Source: an uncultured Actinomycetota bacterium
GTDB lineage: Bacteria; Actinomycetota; Actinomycetes; Streptosporangiales; Streptosporangiaceae
Length of the DNA stretch: 64,000 bases
Assembly (NCBI GenBank): GCA_963773105.1
Contig: CAVZAA010000003.1
Location: 1,040,161 to 1,104,160 of the forward strand
Direction: 5' to 3'
Below the pieces are notes generated by a model that did not search any database, was not told where the DNA came from, and saw nothing but the letters and a program-made list of their open reading frames with translations. The position numbers and the translations under genes were made by a program. This document shows positions 9,804-19,179 of this stretch, piece by piece (positions within the stretch are counted from its first letter, which is position 1; each line of letters begins with the position of its first letter).

Positions 9804-10485
9804 GACGTCCCCCGGGCGGGCGCGGTGGCGCCGAGATGCCCGCGGCGAAGGCGCGGTGCGCGACAATCCGTTCACGCTGCTCGGGCTGCCCACCCGCCCG
9901 GGCCTGTCGGATGACGACGTCCGGGCCGCCTGGCGGCGGATCGCGGCGGCAACCCACCCGGACCGGGAGGACGGCGGCGACCCGGCTAGATTCGGCGCGG
10001 TGGCCGCCGCCTACGCCATGCTCCGGACGGGGTTCGGCCGCGGCGAGGCGCTGGCCGACCTCGGCCTGAGCGGGACGGCCGCGCCGGGCGGGCGGCACGC
10101 GCACCCCCGTCGGCCGCGGGCCGATGCACCGGCCCGCGCCGGGCGGCACCGCGCGCCGCGACCCCCTTCGACCGGTGGTCCGGCCGTCGCAGAGCGGCAG
10201 GCGCCGACGCAGTGGCCGCAGCCGTCAGCGGATACCGGGCCAGCGGGTGCGCCAGGGCCGCCGAGGCAGCCGGATGAACCCCGGCCCGCGGGTGGGCCGC
10301 TGAGGTGGCGGCCGGTAAAACGGCCGGGCGGGCTGACGGTGCGGATGGTCGGCGCCGTCGCGGTCGTGGTGCTGGCGGTCGTGATCCTGGGGTGGTCGCC
10401 CGGGGTCGCCGGGGTGCTCGCGGGGGTGCTCACCTGGCTGGGCGTCACCGCCGGGCGTGCCTTCCAGCGTCGTCGTTCGGGGTGA
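9796..10485 (+). CDS. J-domain (DnaJ-like) membrane protein
   Basis: NPFTLLGL...AWRRIAAATHPDR..GD J-domain, Pro/Arg linker, two C-terminal TM helices; ATGACTGA overlap with the coupling-protein stop. Confidence 0.8.
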   Translation: MTETSPGRARWRRDARGEGAVRDNPFTLLGLPTRPGLSDDDVRAAWRRIAAATHPDREDGGDPARFGAVAAAYAMLRTGFGRGEALADLGLSGTAAPGGRHAHPRRPRADAPARAGRHRAPRPPSTGGPAVAERQAPTQWPQPSADTGPAGAPGPPRQPDEPRPAGGPLRWRPVKRPGGLTVRMVGAVAVVVLAVVILGWSPGVAGVLAGVLTWLGVTAGRAFQRRRSG

Positions 10486-10542
10486 TCGTGTGGTGCAAGG
10501 AGCGCTGGGGCCGTTCGCGAGCGGGCTAGGCGCTGGTCGCCG

Positions 10543-11466
10543 TCAGGCCGGGGGGCCTAGTTCCGGGCCGGTGGCGATCGGGCGGGCGGGGTCGGTGATC
10601 CAGTCCGACCAGGAGCCGACGTAGAGGGCGGCGGGCTGGCCGGCCAGGGTGAGGGCGAGGGTCTCGTGGGCGGCGGTGACGCCGGAGCCGCAGTACACGC
10701 CTACCTCGGACTCGCCCGTCACGCCGAGAGCACGGAACTTGGCGGCCAGGTCGGCGGCGGGGCGGAAGGTGCCGTCGGCGTTGACGTTCTCGGCGGTCGG
10801 CGCGCTGACCGCACCGGGGATGTGCCCCGCCACTGGGTCGACGTGCTCGGCCTCGCCCCGGTAGCGCTCACCCGCGCGCGCGTCGAGCAGCAGCCCGGTC
10901 CTGGTCAGCGCGGCGGCCCCGGCGGCGTCGAGCAGCGGAAGGTGGCCGGGGGACGCGGTGAAGTCGCCCAGCGGGGTGCCCGGGGCAGGCGCGATTTCCG
11001 GAGTTCCCGGCAGCTCGATCGAACCCGGCGAGCCGGGCGACCCCGACGGGCCAGGTTGGACGGTGTGCCCGGACGCAGTCCACGCGTGGAAGCCGCCGTC
11101 GAGTACGCGGACCGACGGGTGGCCGAAGTAGCGCAGCAGCCACCAGGCGCGGGCGGCGGCGGTGGAGTCGGCCTCGTCGTAGACGACTACCAGGCGGTCG
11201 TTGCTCACCCCGGCCCGGCGCATGGCGGCCGTGAAGTCGTCTGCGGACGGCATCGGATGGCGTCCGCCGACGCCCGGCAGGCTGGCCAGGTCACGGTCCA
11301 GGTCCACGAAGACCGCACCGGGAATGTGTCCCGCGTGGTACAACTCGCGACCGGGCGGCCCGCCCAGCCGCCAGCGGACGTCGAGCAGCGTCGGCGGCAC
11401 CTCGGCCGCGAGCAGGCCGGCCAGTTCGTCGGCGGTGATCAGGGTGGCGGCGCTCTCATCGGTCAC
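10543..11466 (-). CDS. sulfurtransferase (double rhodanese, SseA-like)
   Basis: GHIPGA twice, GRHP, active loop CGSGVTA, YVGSWSDW. Confidence 0.93.
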   Translation of the reverse strand: MTDESAATLITADELAGLLAAEVPPTLLDVRWRLGGPPGRELYHAGHIPGAVFVDLDRDLASLPGVGGRHPMPSADDFTAAMRRAGVSNDRLVVVYDEADSTAAARAWWLLRYFGHPSVRVLDGGFHAWTASGHTVQPGPSGSPGSPGSIELPGTPEIAPAPGTPLGDFTASPGHLPLLDAAGAAALTRTGLLLDARAGERYRGEAEHVDPVAGHIPGAVSAPTAENVNADGTFRPAADLAAKFRALGVTGESEVGVYCGSGVTAAHETLALTLAGQPAALYVGSWSDWITDPARPIATGPELGPPA

Positions 11467-11637
11467 CTGGCCAGTATGCCCGCAACCAGGTGTCCGCTCC
11501 TGGGCTGCAGGCCGTGCTAAAACCGCGTCTTTCTAGGCGCCGCAGGAACCAGCGGGCCGCGATGCCCGTCCAAGTCGGTGATTGACGACGCCAACAGGTG
11601 TCGAGCCGGATAATCACCGACTCCATGAGGAGTAGCG

Positions 11638-12903
11638 ATGATCGCCAGTGCGCGGCCGCGCCGACGGCTGGCCAGACTCGCGGGCACAATCGCAGCGGGG
11701 GTCATCGCGGCGGGGGCGGTCGGCCTCGGCGCGACCGCCTGCCAGACGGCAGGCACGGCCGCGGCGGCGGCCACGGTCGGAGCAGCCGGAGCAGCCGGAG
11801 CAGCCGGAGCAGCCGGAGCGAAGGCTGCGACGACGGCCGCGACAACGCCGGCCCAGGTGCCGTGGTCGAAGGTCGGCCGCGGCTGGGAACTCGTCCAGTA
11901 CACGACCGGCCCAACCGGGAAGCCGGCGCCGGTCACGCTGTACCTGATCGACCCGGCCGGCCGCCGCTACGCGCTCTACACCTGGGGCGCCCATGACCGC
12001 GCCCCGTACATGATCGGCTGGTCCGGCGACAAGGCCAGGGCACTGTTCATCATCGGCGCGAACCAGTACGAGCAGCTCACCCTGGCGACCGGCAGAATGA
12101 GCGGCGGCGCGCTCCCCCGGGGGGCAGAGCCGATCGGGTACGCGGGGCCCGGCGGTCGGAACATCCTCGGCGTCGTCGGAGGCAACTCGTCGACGTTGGC
12201 GCGCTACAGCCTGGCCGGCCGGCTGCTCAAGAAGCTGACCCGCGGTGTTGACGAGACCAACGCCGTTTACTCGGCGAGCGGGGCGGAGCTCGCAGTCACC
12301 TGGAACAAGGGGCTGGAACTGGTCAGCAACGGCGGCGGCGTACTCCGGTCGTTGCCGGTGCCCGGCACCGACCCGGTGCAGGGGTGCGACTCGGCCCGCT
12401 GGTGGAACGCGAACACGCTGCTGGCGACCTGCCTGGCCAGGAAGGCCTTCGGCACCAGGCTGTGGCTAGTGCCGACCGACGGCAAGCGCCCGGTTCCGCT
12501 TACCCCGCAGCGCGGCACCGGCCGGACCATGAACACCGCCAACGATAACGCCGACCTCGGGGCGTGGCGGCTTCGGTCGGGCCTGTACCTGCAGTCATCG
12601 GGCGGCGTCCCGTGCACGTCCGCGCGGATCTACCGGCAGGCCGCCAACCAGTCCATCACCCGCGTGGCGCCACCGCACACGAACCCCGACGCCGATCAGA
12701 TCGTGACCGCGCTCGGCCCGCGACTGCTGATCGACACGACGAGCGGGTGCCTGGCGGAGATGGATCCGACGGTCACGACGTCGCTCCTGTGGTACAACCC
12801 GGCCACCCACGCCGAGCAGTGGGTGCTCCGCGCCCCGGCCGACGCCGCCGGCGTGATCGGCGTGGCGGCCTACGACAGCACGGAGAACGCGCCCGGCTTC
12901 TAG
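11638..12903 (+). CDS. secreted/lipoprotein beta-propeller-like protein
   Basis: Hydrophobic signal region with possible lipobox ATAC; TolB-like segments (WSGDKAR, YSASGAEL); 9-bp GGAGCAGCC tandem repeat in the linker. Confidence 0.65.
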   Translation: MIASARPRRRLARLAGTIAAGVIAAGAVGLGATACQTAGTAAAAATVGAAGAAGAAGAAGAKAATTAATTPAQVPWSKVGRGWELVQYTTGPTGKPAPVTLYLIDPAGRRYALYTWGAHDRAPYMIGWSGDKARALFIIGANQYEQLTLATGRMSGGALPRGAEPIGYAGPGGRNILGVVGGNSSTLARYSLAGRLLKKLTRGVDETNAVYSASGAELAVTWNKGLELVSNGGGVLRSLPVPGTDPVQGCDSARWWNANTLLATCLARKAFGTRLWLVPTDGKRPVPLTPQRGTGRTMNTANDNADLGAWRLRSGLYLQSSGGVPCTSARIYRQAANQSITRVAPPHTNPDADQIVTALGPRLLIDTTSGCLAEMDPTVTTSLLWYNPATHAEQWVLRAPADAAGVIGVAAYDSTENAPGF

Positions 12904-14075
12904 GATCGGCGACCTAACCGGTCGCCGATCGTGAGCATCGGGATCAGCTGCTCGGCCGCGGTCAGCGAGCCGTGCATGCCGAACAGCGAGGACTGCAGCG
13001 GCTCGGCCTTGGACGCGATGACGGCCGCGGTGCCCGAGCAGGCGGCCACCACGTCGCCGATCCGCGCCGCCATCGCCTCGTCGACCACGCCCGGGCGGGC
13101 CGAACCAGCCGTCCTTGACCGCCTCCTCGCGGGACGCCACCCAGGCGCGCTCGCCCAGCACCTCCCGCCAGGTCGCGAGGACGTCGGCGGCGGCCCCGGG
13201 CGCGGCGTACACGTGCCGCGCGCGCGGCTCGCCGCCGAGCAGCGCCACCCCGTCGCGCAGCACGGCGGTCGGGCCGTCGGCGTCCACGTCGATCTTGTCG
13301 TCGTCGCCCGACGTTCACCATGCCGTGGTCGGCCGTGACGTACAGCGCGGTCCCCATCGGCAGCGCCGAGGCGAGCTGCTCCACCAGCCGGTTGACGTGC
13401 GAGAGCTGGAACACCCAGGCCTGCGAGGCCACCCCGTAGCGGTGCCCGGTCGAGTCCAGGTCGCCGTGGTAGGCCGCCACCAGCGCGTTGTCGGAATCGG
13501 CCAGCGCGTCGGCCGTCAGCGCGGCGAGGGTGCCGAGCGAGTCCGCGCCGCGGAACTGCGGGCCGCGCAGCGTGGCCATGGTCAGCCCGCTCTTCTCGTA
13601 GGCGGTGGGCGCGACGTAGGTCGCGGTCAGCCCGGCGCCAACCGCCCGCTCGAAGATCGTCGGCCGGGGCTGCCAGCCGACCGGGTCGATGTCCTTGGGC
13701 CAGTTGAGGCCGTTGAGCAGCCGGCCGGTGCCGGGCACCGCGACCTGGTAGCCGAGCATCCCGTGCTGCGGACGGCGGCAGGCCGGTGCCGAGCGAGGCC
13801 AGGCTGGTCACCGTGGTGGAGGGGAACCCGGACGTCAGCGGCCGGGAGTTGAACGCCAGCTCGGCCAGGAACGGCGCCGCGGCCTGGTGCGCGCGCAGCA
13901 GCTCGAGGCCGAGCCCGTCGATGATCAGCAGGCAGGCCCGTCCGGTTTCCGGCAGGCCGAGCACGTTCCGGGCGGCGTCGCCGGTCAGCGCGGCGAGGAT
14001 CGAGGTGGAGAGGTCAGCCAGGCTTGACTCGCCGTAGGAGGGCAGGATCGGGCTGGTTCTGGGCTCCCGCGCCAT
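12900..14075 (-). pseudogene. alkaline phosphatase / nucleotide pyrophosphatase family protein, interrupted by three +1 frameshifts (pseudogene or sequencing error)
   Basis: IIDGLG and FPSTT in frame A; HGMLGY, DSTGH and TADHG in frame B; GGEPRARHVY in frame C; HGSLT back in frame A. Confidence 0.85.
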
Positions 14076-14078
14076 CCG

Positions 14079-14672
14079 TCAGCTCCCGGCGCGCGCGATG
14101 GCGTCGTTGAGGGCGCTGGCGAACGTCAGCACCGACGCGATGGCGTCCTCGCCGTCGGCGGCCTCGCTGATCCGCAGCGTCAGGTCATCGGCGGTGATCG
14201 TGCCGAGGTAGCCGTGGTCGGCCTCGCAGGTCTCGTCGCCGCAGTGGGCCGGCTCGAGCTCCACGTGGGACAGGACGTTCCAGCCGATCGTCAAGATGAC
14301 CTCGGACGGCATCGTCACGCCCGGCAGGTAGGCCGCCGGATCGGGCACCACCCGGGTCAGCGACACCGACGACACGCGGGAGAACTTGATCGCCTCGCTC
14401 GACGTCTCGGCCCGCGGCCGGTCCTGCGGCTCCTCGGGCGGATGCTCGTCGGTGTGCGAGAAGACCAGCCGGGTCTCGGTCAGCGCGAGCACGGTCATGT
14501 GCCTGCGCACCTCCATGCCCGGGTCGAATATCGCGTCGTGGTGCACGAAGAAGGCGGTGACCGGCTCCGACCCGAGGGCGAAGGTGACCGCGTCGGTCAC
14601 CAGGCCCGGGTAGTAGCCGCTGCGTTCGATCGCGACCCGCAGGTCCTCGGTCATGACTCGGGTTTCCGTCAT
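14079..14672 (-). CDS. DUF5998-family conserved actinobacterial protein
   Basis: IERSGYYP, EVRRH and LEPAHCGD..CEADHGY motifs; usual neighbour of the alkaline phosphatase family gene. Confidence 0.8.
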   Translation of the reverse strand: MTETRVMTEDLRVAIERSGYYPGLVTDAVTFALGSEPVTAFFVHHDAIFDPGMEVRRHMTVLALTETRLVFSHTDEHPPEEPQDRPRAETSSEAIKFSRVSSVSLTRVVPDPAAYLPGVTMPSEVILTIGWNVLSHVELEPAHCGDETCEADHGYLGTITADDLTLRISEAADGEDAIASVLTFASALNDAIARAGS

Positions 14673-14735
14673 TACTCCATCCTGCACTGTCCGGCCGCGT
14701 GGTTCACCCGTTGGGCGATCTAAACCCGCATGGGC

Positions 14736-15311
14736 CTACTCGCGGGAACGGTCAACGGCGGCGATATCGCGCGATATCGGCTCAGCCCCGGGCACCTCGG
14801 TCCCGGGGGCGTCGGTGCCGGGCGCGTCGGTGCCGGGGCCGTCCGCGCCCGGTGCCCCGATGCCGAGCTCCCGGCGGAGCTCGTCCCAGTCGGAGTCGTT
14901 CCAGTTGGCGCCGCCGCCCCGGTACCTGAGCCTGCGGGGGAACTTGAGGCGCCGCTCCTCGCTTGGTTCCTCCAGCTCAAGCGCGGCCGCGCCGGGGGCG
15001 GGCTTGGGCTTGCGGGGCTTGCGGCCGCCGGCCGCGCCGCCCCTGCCCCGGTAGATGATCAGCCCGTTCACCGGGTCGGGAACGCCATCGAGGGCGGCCC
15101 GTACGGCCGGCAGCGCGCGGAACGCCTCCCATTGCGCGTCGTCGCGGAAGAGCACCTCGAAGATCACGCCGTACTCGGTGTCGTGCCACTCGTAGTACAT
15201 CGCGCCGTGGGTGATGGCCGCCTCGGTGAGCTCGTCCTCGTAGGCGTACCGCCACCCGCTCGCCGGGAGCTTGTCGCCGGAGAAGACCTCGATCGACCAC
15301 CACTCAGCCAT
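14736..15311 (-). CDS. hypothetical protein
   Basis: Globular Trp-rich N-terminal domain (WWSIEV...PDPVNGL.IYRGRGG); 15-bp tandem repeats in the C-terminal tail. Confidence 0.65.
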   Translation of the reverse strand: MAEWWSIEVFSGDKLPASGWRYAYEDELTEAAITHGAMYYEWHDTEYGVIFEVLFRDDAQWEAFRALPAVRAALDGVPDPVNGLIIYRGRGGAAGGRKPRKPKPAPGAAALELEEPSEERRLKFPRRLRYRGGGANWNDSDWDELRRELGIGAPGADGPGTDAPGTDAPGTEVPGAEPISRDIAAVDRSRE

Positions 15312-15520
15312 GCCGTCGCCGCCTGTCCATGCCACGCCGCACCTCTGCTAAACACGATAGTACGTCTTTGCGGGCGACTTCGGAAAGGCGGTTATGACAT
15401 AACGCGAGTAAACGCCGCCTTTCAGGCAAACATCGGTAAATATATTGAACGGAAGGTCGCGACTCTGTCACCCTCGCGACCCCGTTTGCAGTGCTCCGCG
15501 ATCGTCGATACGTTCACGGC

Positions 15521-16243
15521 ATGGCGGCAGACGGACGACGACACGTGCTCGCGATCGGCGGCGGCATGCTCATGCCCCGCGACGCGATTCCCCTTCATGT
15601 GCAGTACGCGACCGAGTTGAGCGGCAGCGGCAGGCCCCGGCTGTGCCTGCTCAACCAGGCCGTCGGCGACGACCCGAACACGTACTTGCGGTTCTATGAC
15701 CGGCTGGCGGGCGCCCCGGTCGAAGTCAGGCACCTGTCGCTGTTCCCGATGCCGAACGTGTCCGACCCCGAGGACCTGCTGATGTCGCAGGACATCATCT
15801 TCGTCGGCGGCGGCAGCGTCGCCAACATGCTGGCCGTCTGGCGCGTGCACGGCATCGACGAGATCATGCGCAAGGCCTGGCACGCGGGGATCGTGCTGGC
15901 CGGGTCCTCGGCCGGCGGCATCTGCTGGTTCGCGGGGGGAACCACGGACTCGTTCGGCCCCCGGCTGCGCCCGTTCACCGACGGGCTGGGGATGCTGGCC
16001 GGGAGCTTCTGCCCGCACTACCACTCCGAGGCGGAGCGGCGGCCGCTATACCACCGCCTGGTCGCCGAGCGCGCGCTGCCGGGCGGACTGGCCTGCGACG
16101 ACGGCGTGGCCGCCCACTTCGTCGACGACACCCTGGACGAGATGGTCTCCGACCATCCGGGCGGGGCCGGCTACCGGGTCGAGCCCGACGGGCGAGGCGG
16201 TGCGGTCGAGACGGAACTCCCGGTCCGTTTCCTCGGCGCCTAG
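15521..16243 (+). CDS. peptidase E (S51) / class I glutamine amidotransferase-like protein
   Basis: IGGG, VGGGS..N, nucleophile elbow GSSAG, CPHY. Confidence 0.9.
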   Translation: MAADGRRHVLAIGGGMLMPRDAIPLHVQYATELSGSGRPRLCLLNQAVGDDPNTYLRFYDRLAGAPVEVRHLSLFPMPNVSDPEDLLMSQDIIFVGGGSVANMLAVWRVHGIDEIMRKAWHAGIVLAGSSAGGICWFAGGTTDSFGPRLRPFTDGLGMLAGSFCPHYHSEAERRPLYHRLVAERALPGGLACDDGVAAHFVDDTLDEMVSDHPGGAGYRVEPDGRGGAVETELPVRFLGA

Positions 16244-16252
16244 GAAAAGCCG

Positions 16253-16282
16253 GAACGGACCGGGCAGAGCCACGGTCCGTTC
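16253..16282. terminator. hairpin between convergent genes, formed from GGTCCGTTC repeat arms
   Basis: GAACGGACCG pairs with CGGTCCGTTC; T-rich tract downstream. Confidence 0.55.
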
Positions 16283-16318
16283 GGGATAATCGGCTTTTAA
16301 TCTTTTGATCTGCTGCCT

Positions 16319-16525
16319 TTACCTTCGGCCGGCCGTGGCCCGGTGCAGGGACCAGGCCAGCGCGGCGAAGACGAAGACGGGCAGCAGCCACCACGCGTTG
16401 ACCTTGGCGGCGTGGGTCAGGATCGCGGTGAGCGCGAGGCCCGCCACCACGAGGGCGGCGACGTGCCAGTCGTCGCCGACGATGAAGTCGTACCAGAACG
16501 CGCCGAACGCCTTGAGCTGCTTCAT
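16319..16525 (-). CDS. small membrane protein
   Basis: FGAFWYDFIVGDDW followed by two TM helices; ATGA overlap with the upstream gene. Confidence 0.7.
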   Translation of the reverse strand: MKQLKAFGAFWYDFIVGDDWHVAALVVAGLALTAILTHAAKVNAWWLLPVFVFAALAWSLHRATAGRR

Positions 16526-17292
16526 GAGCTGACAACCTCCGAGTGCGGTGCGGACACGGTGACGGCCGACTTGCGCGAGTGCAGCCAGAAGATGCAGGCG
16601 GCGGCGAACACCGCGACCACGGGGATGACCACCAGCAGGGCGGCGTCGTTGCCGGGCCAGCGCACGCCCGCGCCCTCGGCCCCCCAGAAGGTGCCGAACG
16701 AGGTGAGCATGACCCCCACCACCAGCTTCATCCAGTTCTCGGGCACCTTGGTCAGCGGGGCCCTGACCGCAATGCCGACGATCGTGACTCCCGCGATGGC
16801 GGCGGCCGCGCCGATCACGGCGGCGCCGATGTTCTTCTGGTTGTCGCCGAAGGTGATCACGATGAAGACGACCTCGAGCCCCTCAAGCAGGACGCCCTTG
16901 AACGCGAGGGTGAAGGAGTACCAGTCGTTGACGCCGCGCCTGGACTCCTTTTGGGCCTGTTTCGCGGCGGTGACCTCCCGCAGGTAGGCGCTCGCCTCGT
17001 CGTGCAGCGCCTTGTAGCCGGTCGCGCGGAGCACCGCCTTGCGCAGCCACTGCAGGCCGAAGATGGCCAGCAGGGCGCCGACGACGACGCGCAGCGCGGT
17101 GAGCGGCAGCTCGTTGATCGCAGGTCCGACCGCCGCGGTGATCACCGCGAGCGCGACCAGGGCGGCGGCCATGCCCTGGAAGGTGGACCGCCACTCCCGG
17201 GTGATGCCGGTCGCCAGGACGATGGTGAGCGCCTCCACCGCCTCCACCACGCAGGCGATGAAGACGGTGAGGATCAGCGGGAGGGCATTCAA
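16522..17292 (-). CDS. COG4280-like membrane protein (putative cation transporter)
   Basis: About 7 TM helices with internally repeated acidic motifs VEAVEA and LEGLEV; RBS GAGGAG. Confidence 0.75.
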   Translation of the reverse strand: MNALPLILTVFIACVVEAVEALTIVLATGITREWRSTFQGMAAALVALAVITAAVGPAINELPLTALRVVVGALLAIFGLQWLRKAVLRATGYKALHDEASAYLREVTAAKQAQKESRRGVNDWYSFTLAFKGVLLEGLEVVFIVITFGDNQKNIGAAVIGAAAAIAGVTIVGIAVRAPLTKVPENWMKLVVGVMLTSFGTFWGAEGAGVRWPGNDAALLVVIPVVAVFAAACIFWLHSRKSAVTVSAPHSEVVSS

Positions 17293-17327
17293 TGAATCTC
17301 CTCGGCTTGGTCAGAGAGAATGAGGGG

Positions 17328-17909
17328 GTGACGAACGATCAGGCCTCGACAGACACCCCGGCGTCCGGCGATGCCGCCGGGACCGGCTGGCTGCTGCTCA
17401 TCTACCGGGTGCCGCCGGAGCCTACCCGGCTGCGCTCCACGGTGTGGCGCAGGATCAAAGCGCTCGGCGCGATCTATCTGCAGAACTCGGTCGCCGCACT
17501 GCCGGCCAGCCCGGCCAACGAGCGGTCGCTGCGCAAGCTCCGGCGGGAGATCCTGGACATGTCCGGGACCGCCATCCTGCTGTCGGCGGCCGCGCTGGCG
17601 GGGGACGCGGAGGTGCGGCAGGCGTTCCTGGCGGCCCGGAACGACGAGTACGAGGAGATCGTCGACAAGTGCGAGGACTTCCTCCGGCAGGTCCAGAAGG
17701 AGTACGACGAGAACCACTTCACCTACGCCGAGCTCGAGGAGAACGAGGAAGACCTGGTGAAGCTGCGGAACTGGTTCGCCAAGATCGTCGAACGGGACGC
17801 CTTCGGCGCCAGCGGACGGCCGGCCACCGAGCGGGCGCTCGAATCCTGCGAGCAGTCGCTCGAGGCGTACGCCGCGCGGGTGTACGCCGAGGAGGCGGAG
17901 GGGCAGTGA
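17328..17909 (+). CDS. ChrB N-terminal domain protein (putative transcriptional regulator)
   Basis: WLLLIYRVP.EPTRLR..VWRRIK.LGAIYLQNS and FTYAELEENEEDL.KL..W motifs. Confidence 0.8.
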   Translation: MTNDQASTDTPASGDAAGTGWLLLIYRVPPEPTRLRSTVWRRIKALGAIYLQNSVAALPASPANERSLRKLRREILDMSGTAILLSAAALAGDAEVRQAFLAARNDEYEEIVDKCEDFLRQVQKEYDENHFTYAELEENEEDLVKLRNWFAKIVERDAFGASGRPATERALESCEQSLEAYAARVYAEEAEGQ

Positions 17910-18039
17910 CACCTATCGATTGTAACAGCCGTTAGATTCAATTCATAACCGGCGTTATTCCCAGGTTGTGACAATCGGTTCATTTTCCGTCTAACTTCCG
18001 GACACTTGCGGGTTGCCTCGACTCCGCAGACTCGGAACC

Positions 18040-19179
18040 ATGAACCGTACGCACCAGCGCACTCGGCTGCGCCTGCTCGCCGGCGTAACCGGTGCTGTCG
18101 CACTGTCCGTCCTTACCGTGGCCGGCTGCTCGTCGAGTTCGTCAAGCTCGTCGAGCGCCCCCGCGTCAGCCTCTTCCACCGCCCCCGCGTCCGCCGCGGC
18201 GACGACCTCCGCCTCGGCGTCGGCCTCGTCCGCCGCCGCGACGGTCCCGCTCGTCCTCTACTCCGCCCAGGGCTACGACTCGGCCATGAGCAAGGCGTTC
18301 ACCAAGGCCACCGGCATCCCGGTCTCGCTCGACGACAACTCGACGGGCCCGCTGCTCACCCAGATCGAGGCCTCCAAGAACAACCCCAAGTGGGGGCTGC
18401 TGTGGGTGGACGGCGCGACCGCGTTCGCCGGCCTCGACTCCCAGGGCCTGCTGCTGAAGGGGTTCGAGCCGAGCGTGTCCTGGAACTCGCTCGGCCAGGC
18501 GACCCTCCCGGCCGATAAGAGCTTCACGCCTACCGGGTCCACGATCATGGGCATCGTCGCCTACAACAAGACCAAGGTGTCCAACCCGCCGTCGACCTGG
18601 CAGGCCCTGCTGTCGGCGACCTGGAAGGGCCAGGTCGGCATGAACGACCCGTCCCAGTCCGGTCCGACCTTCCCGCTCATCGCCGGCGTCATGAACTACC
18701 TCGGCGGCGTCTCGGCCGGTGAGAAGTACTTCTCCACGCTCAAGAGCAACGGCCTGGTCATCCATCCGACCAACGGCCCGACTTTGCAGGCGCTGACCAG
18801 CGGGCAGATCAACCTCGCGCTGGTGCAGTCCTCGGCCGCGATCGGCGCGACGTTCACCGACAAGAACATCGGCATCAAGTACCTCACCCCGGCCACCCTG
18901 CTGCCGTCCGCGCTCGGCATCGACGCCAAGGCGTCGCCCGCCGAGCAGGCCGAGGCCGAGAAGTTCATCGAGTACGTGCTGTCCCCGGCCGGGCAGAAGG
19001 TCATGCAGTCGGGCGACCCGACCGGCGACTCGCTGTACTACCCGGTGGTCAACGGCGTCAACCCGCTGCCCGCGCTTCCCTCGCTGGCCTCGGTCAAGAC
19101 GCAGACGATCAACCCGTACACCTGGGGCCCGCAGGAGGCGGCCGTCAACACCTGGTTCGACTCCAACATCGTCCGTTGA
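18040..19179 (+). CDS. ABC transporter substrate-binding lipoprotein (Fe3+/thiamine-like family)
   Basis: Lipobox VAGC, Ser/Ala linker, LVLYSA, STGPLL, DPSQSG, FIEYVLSP.GQ. Confidence 0.88.
   Translation: MNRTHQRTRLRLLAGVTGAVALSVLTVAGCSSSSSSSSSAPASASSTAPASAAATTSASASASSAAATVPLVLYSAQGYDSAMSKAFTKATGIPVSLDDNSTGPLLTQIEASKNNPKWGLLWVDGATAFAGLDSQGLLLKGFEPSVSWNSLGQATLPADKSFTPTGSTIMGIVAYNKTKVSNPPSTWQALLSATWKGQVGMNDPSQSGPTFPLIAGVMNYLGGVSAGEKYFSTLKSNGLVIHPTNGPTLQALTSGQINLALVQSSAAIGATFTDKNIGIKYLTPATLLPSALGIDAKASPAEQAEAEKFIEYVLSPAGQKVMQSGDPTGDSLYYPVVNGVNPLPALPSLASVKTQTINPYTWGPQEAAVNTWFDSNIVR

Noticed and set aside
6200-10540. Complete ICE/AICE or integrated plasmid
   Set aside because: No integrase, Rep, VirB4, TraB/Spd, tRNA target or flanking att direct repeats seen, and no GC shift in the coding parts
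11779-11820. Short tandem repeats (GGAGCAGCC x4; also 42687-42714, 44449-44495, 7378-7415) as phase-variation loci
   Set aside because: They are in frame or intergenic with low copy number, and are more likely ordinary slippage products
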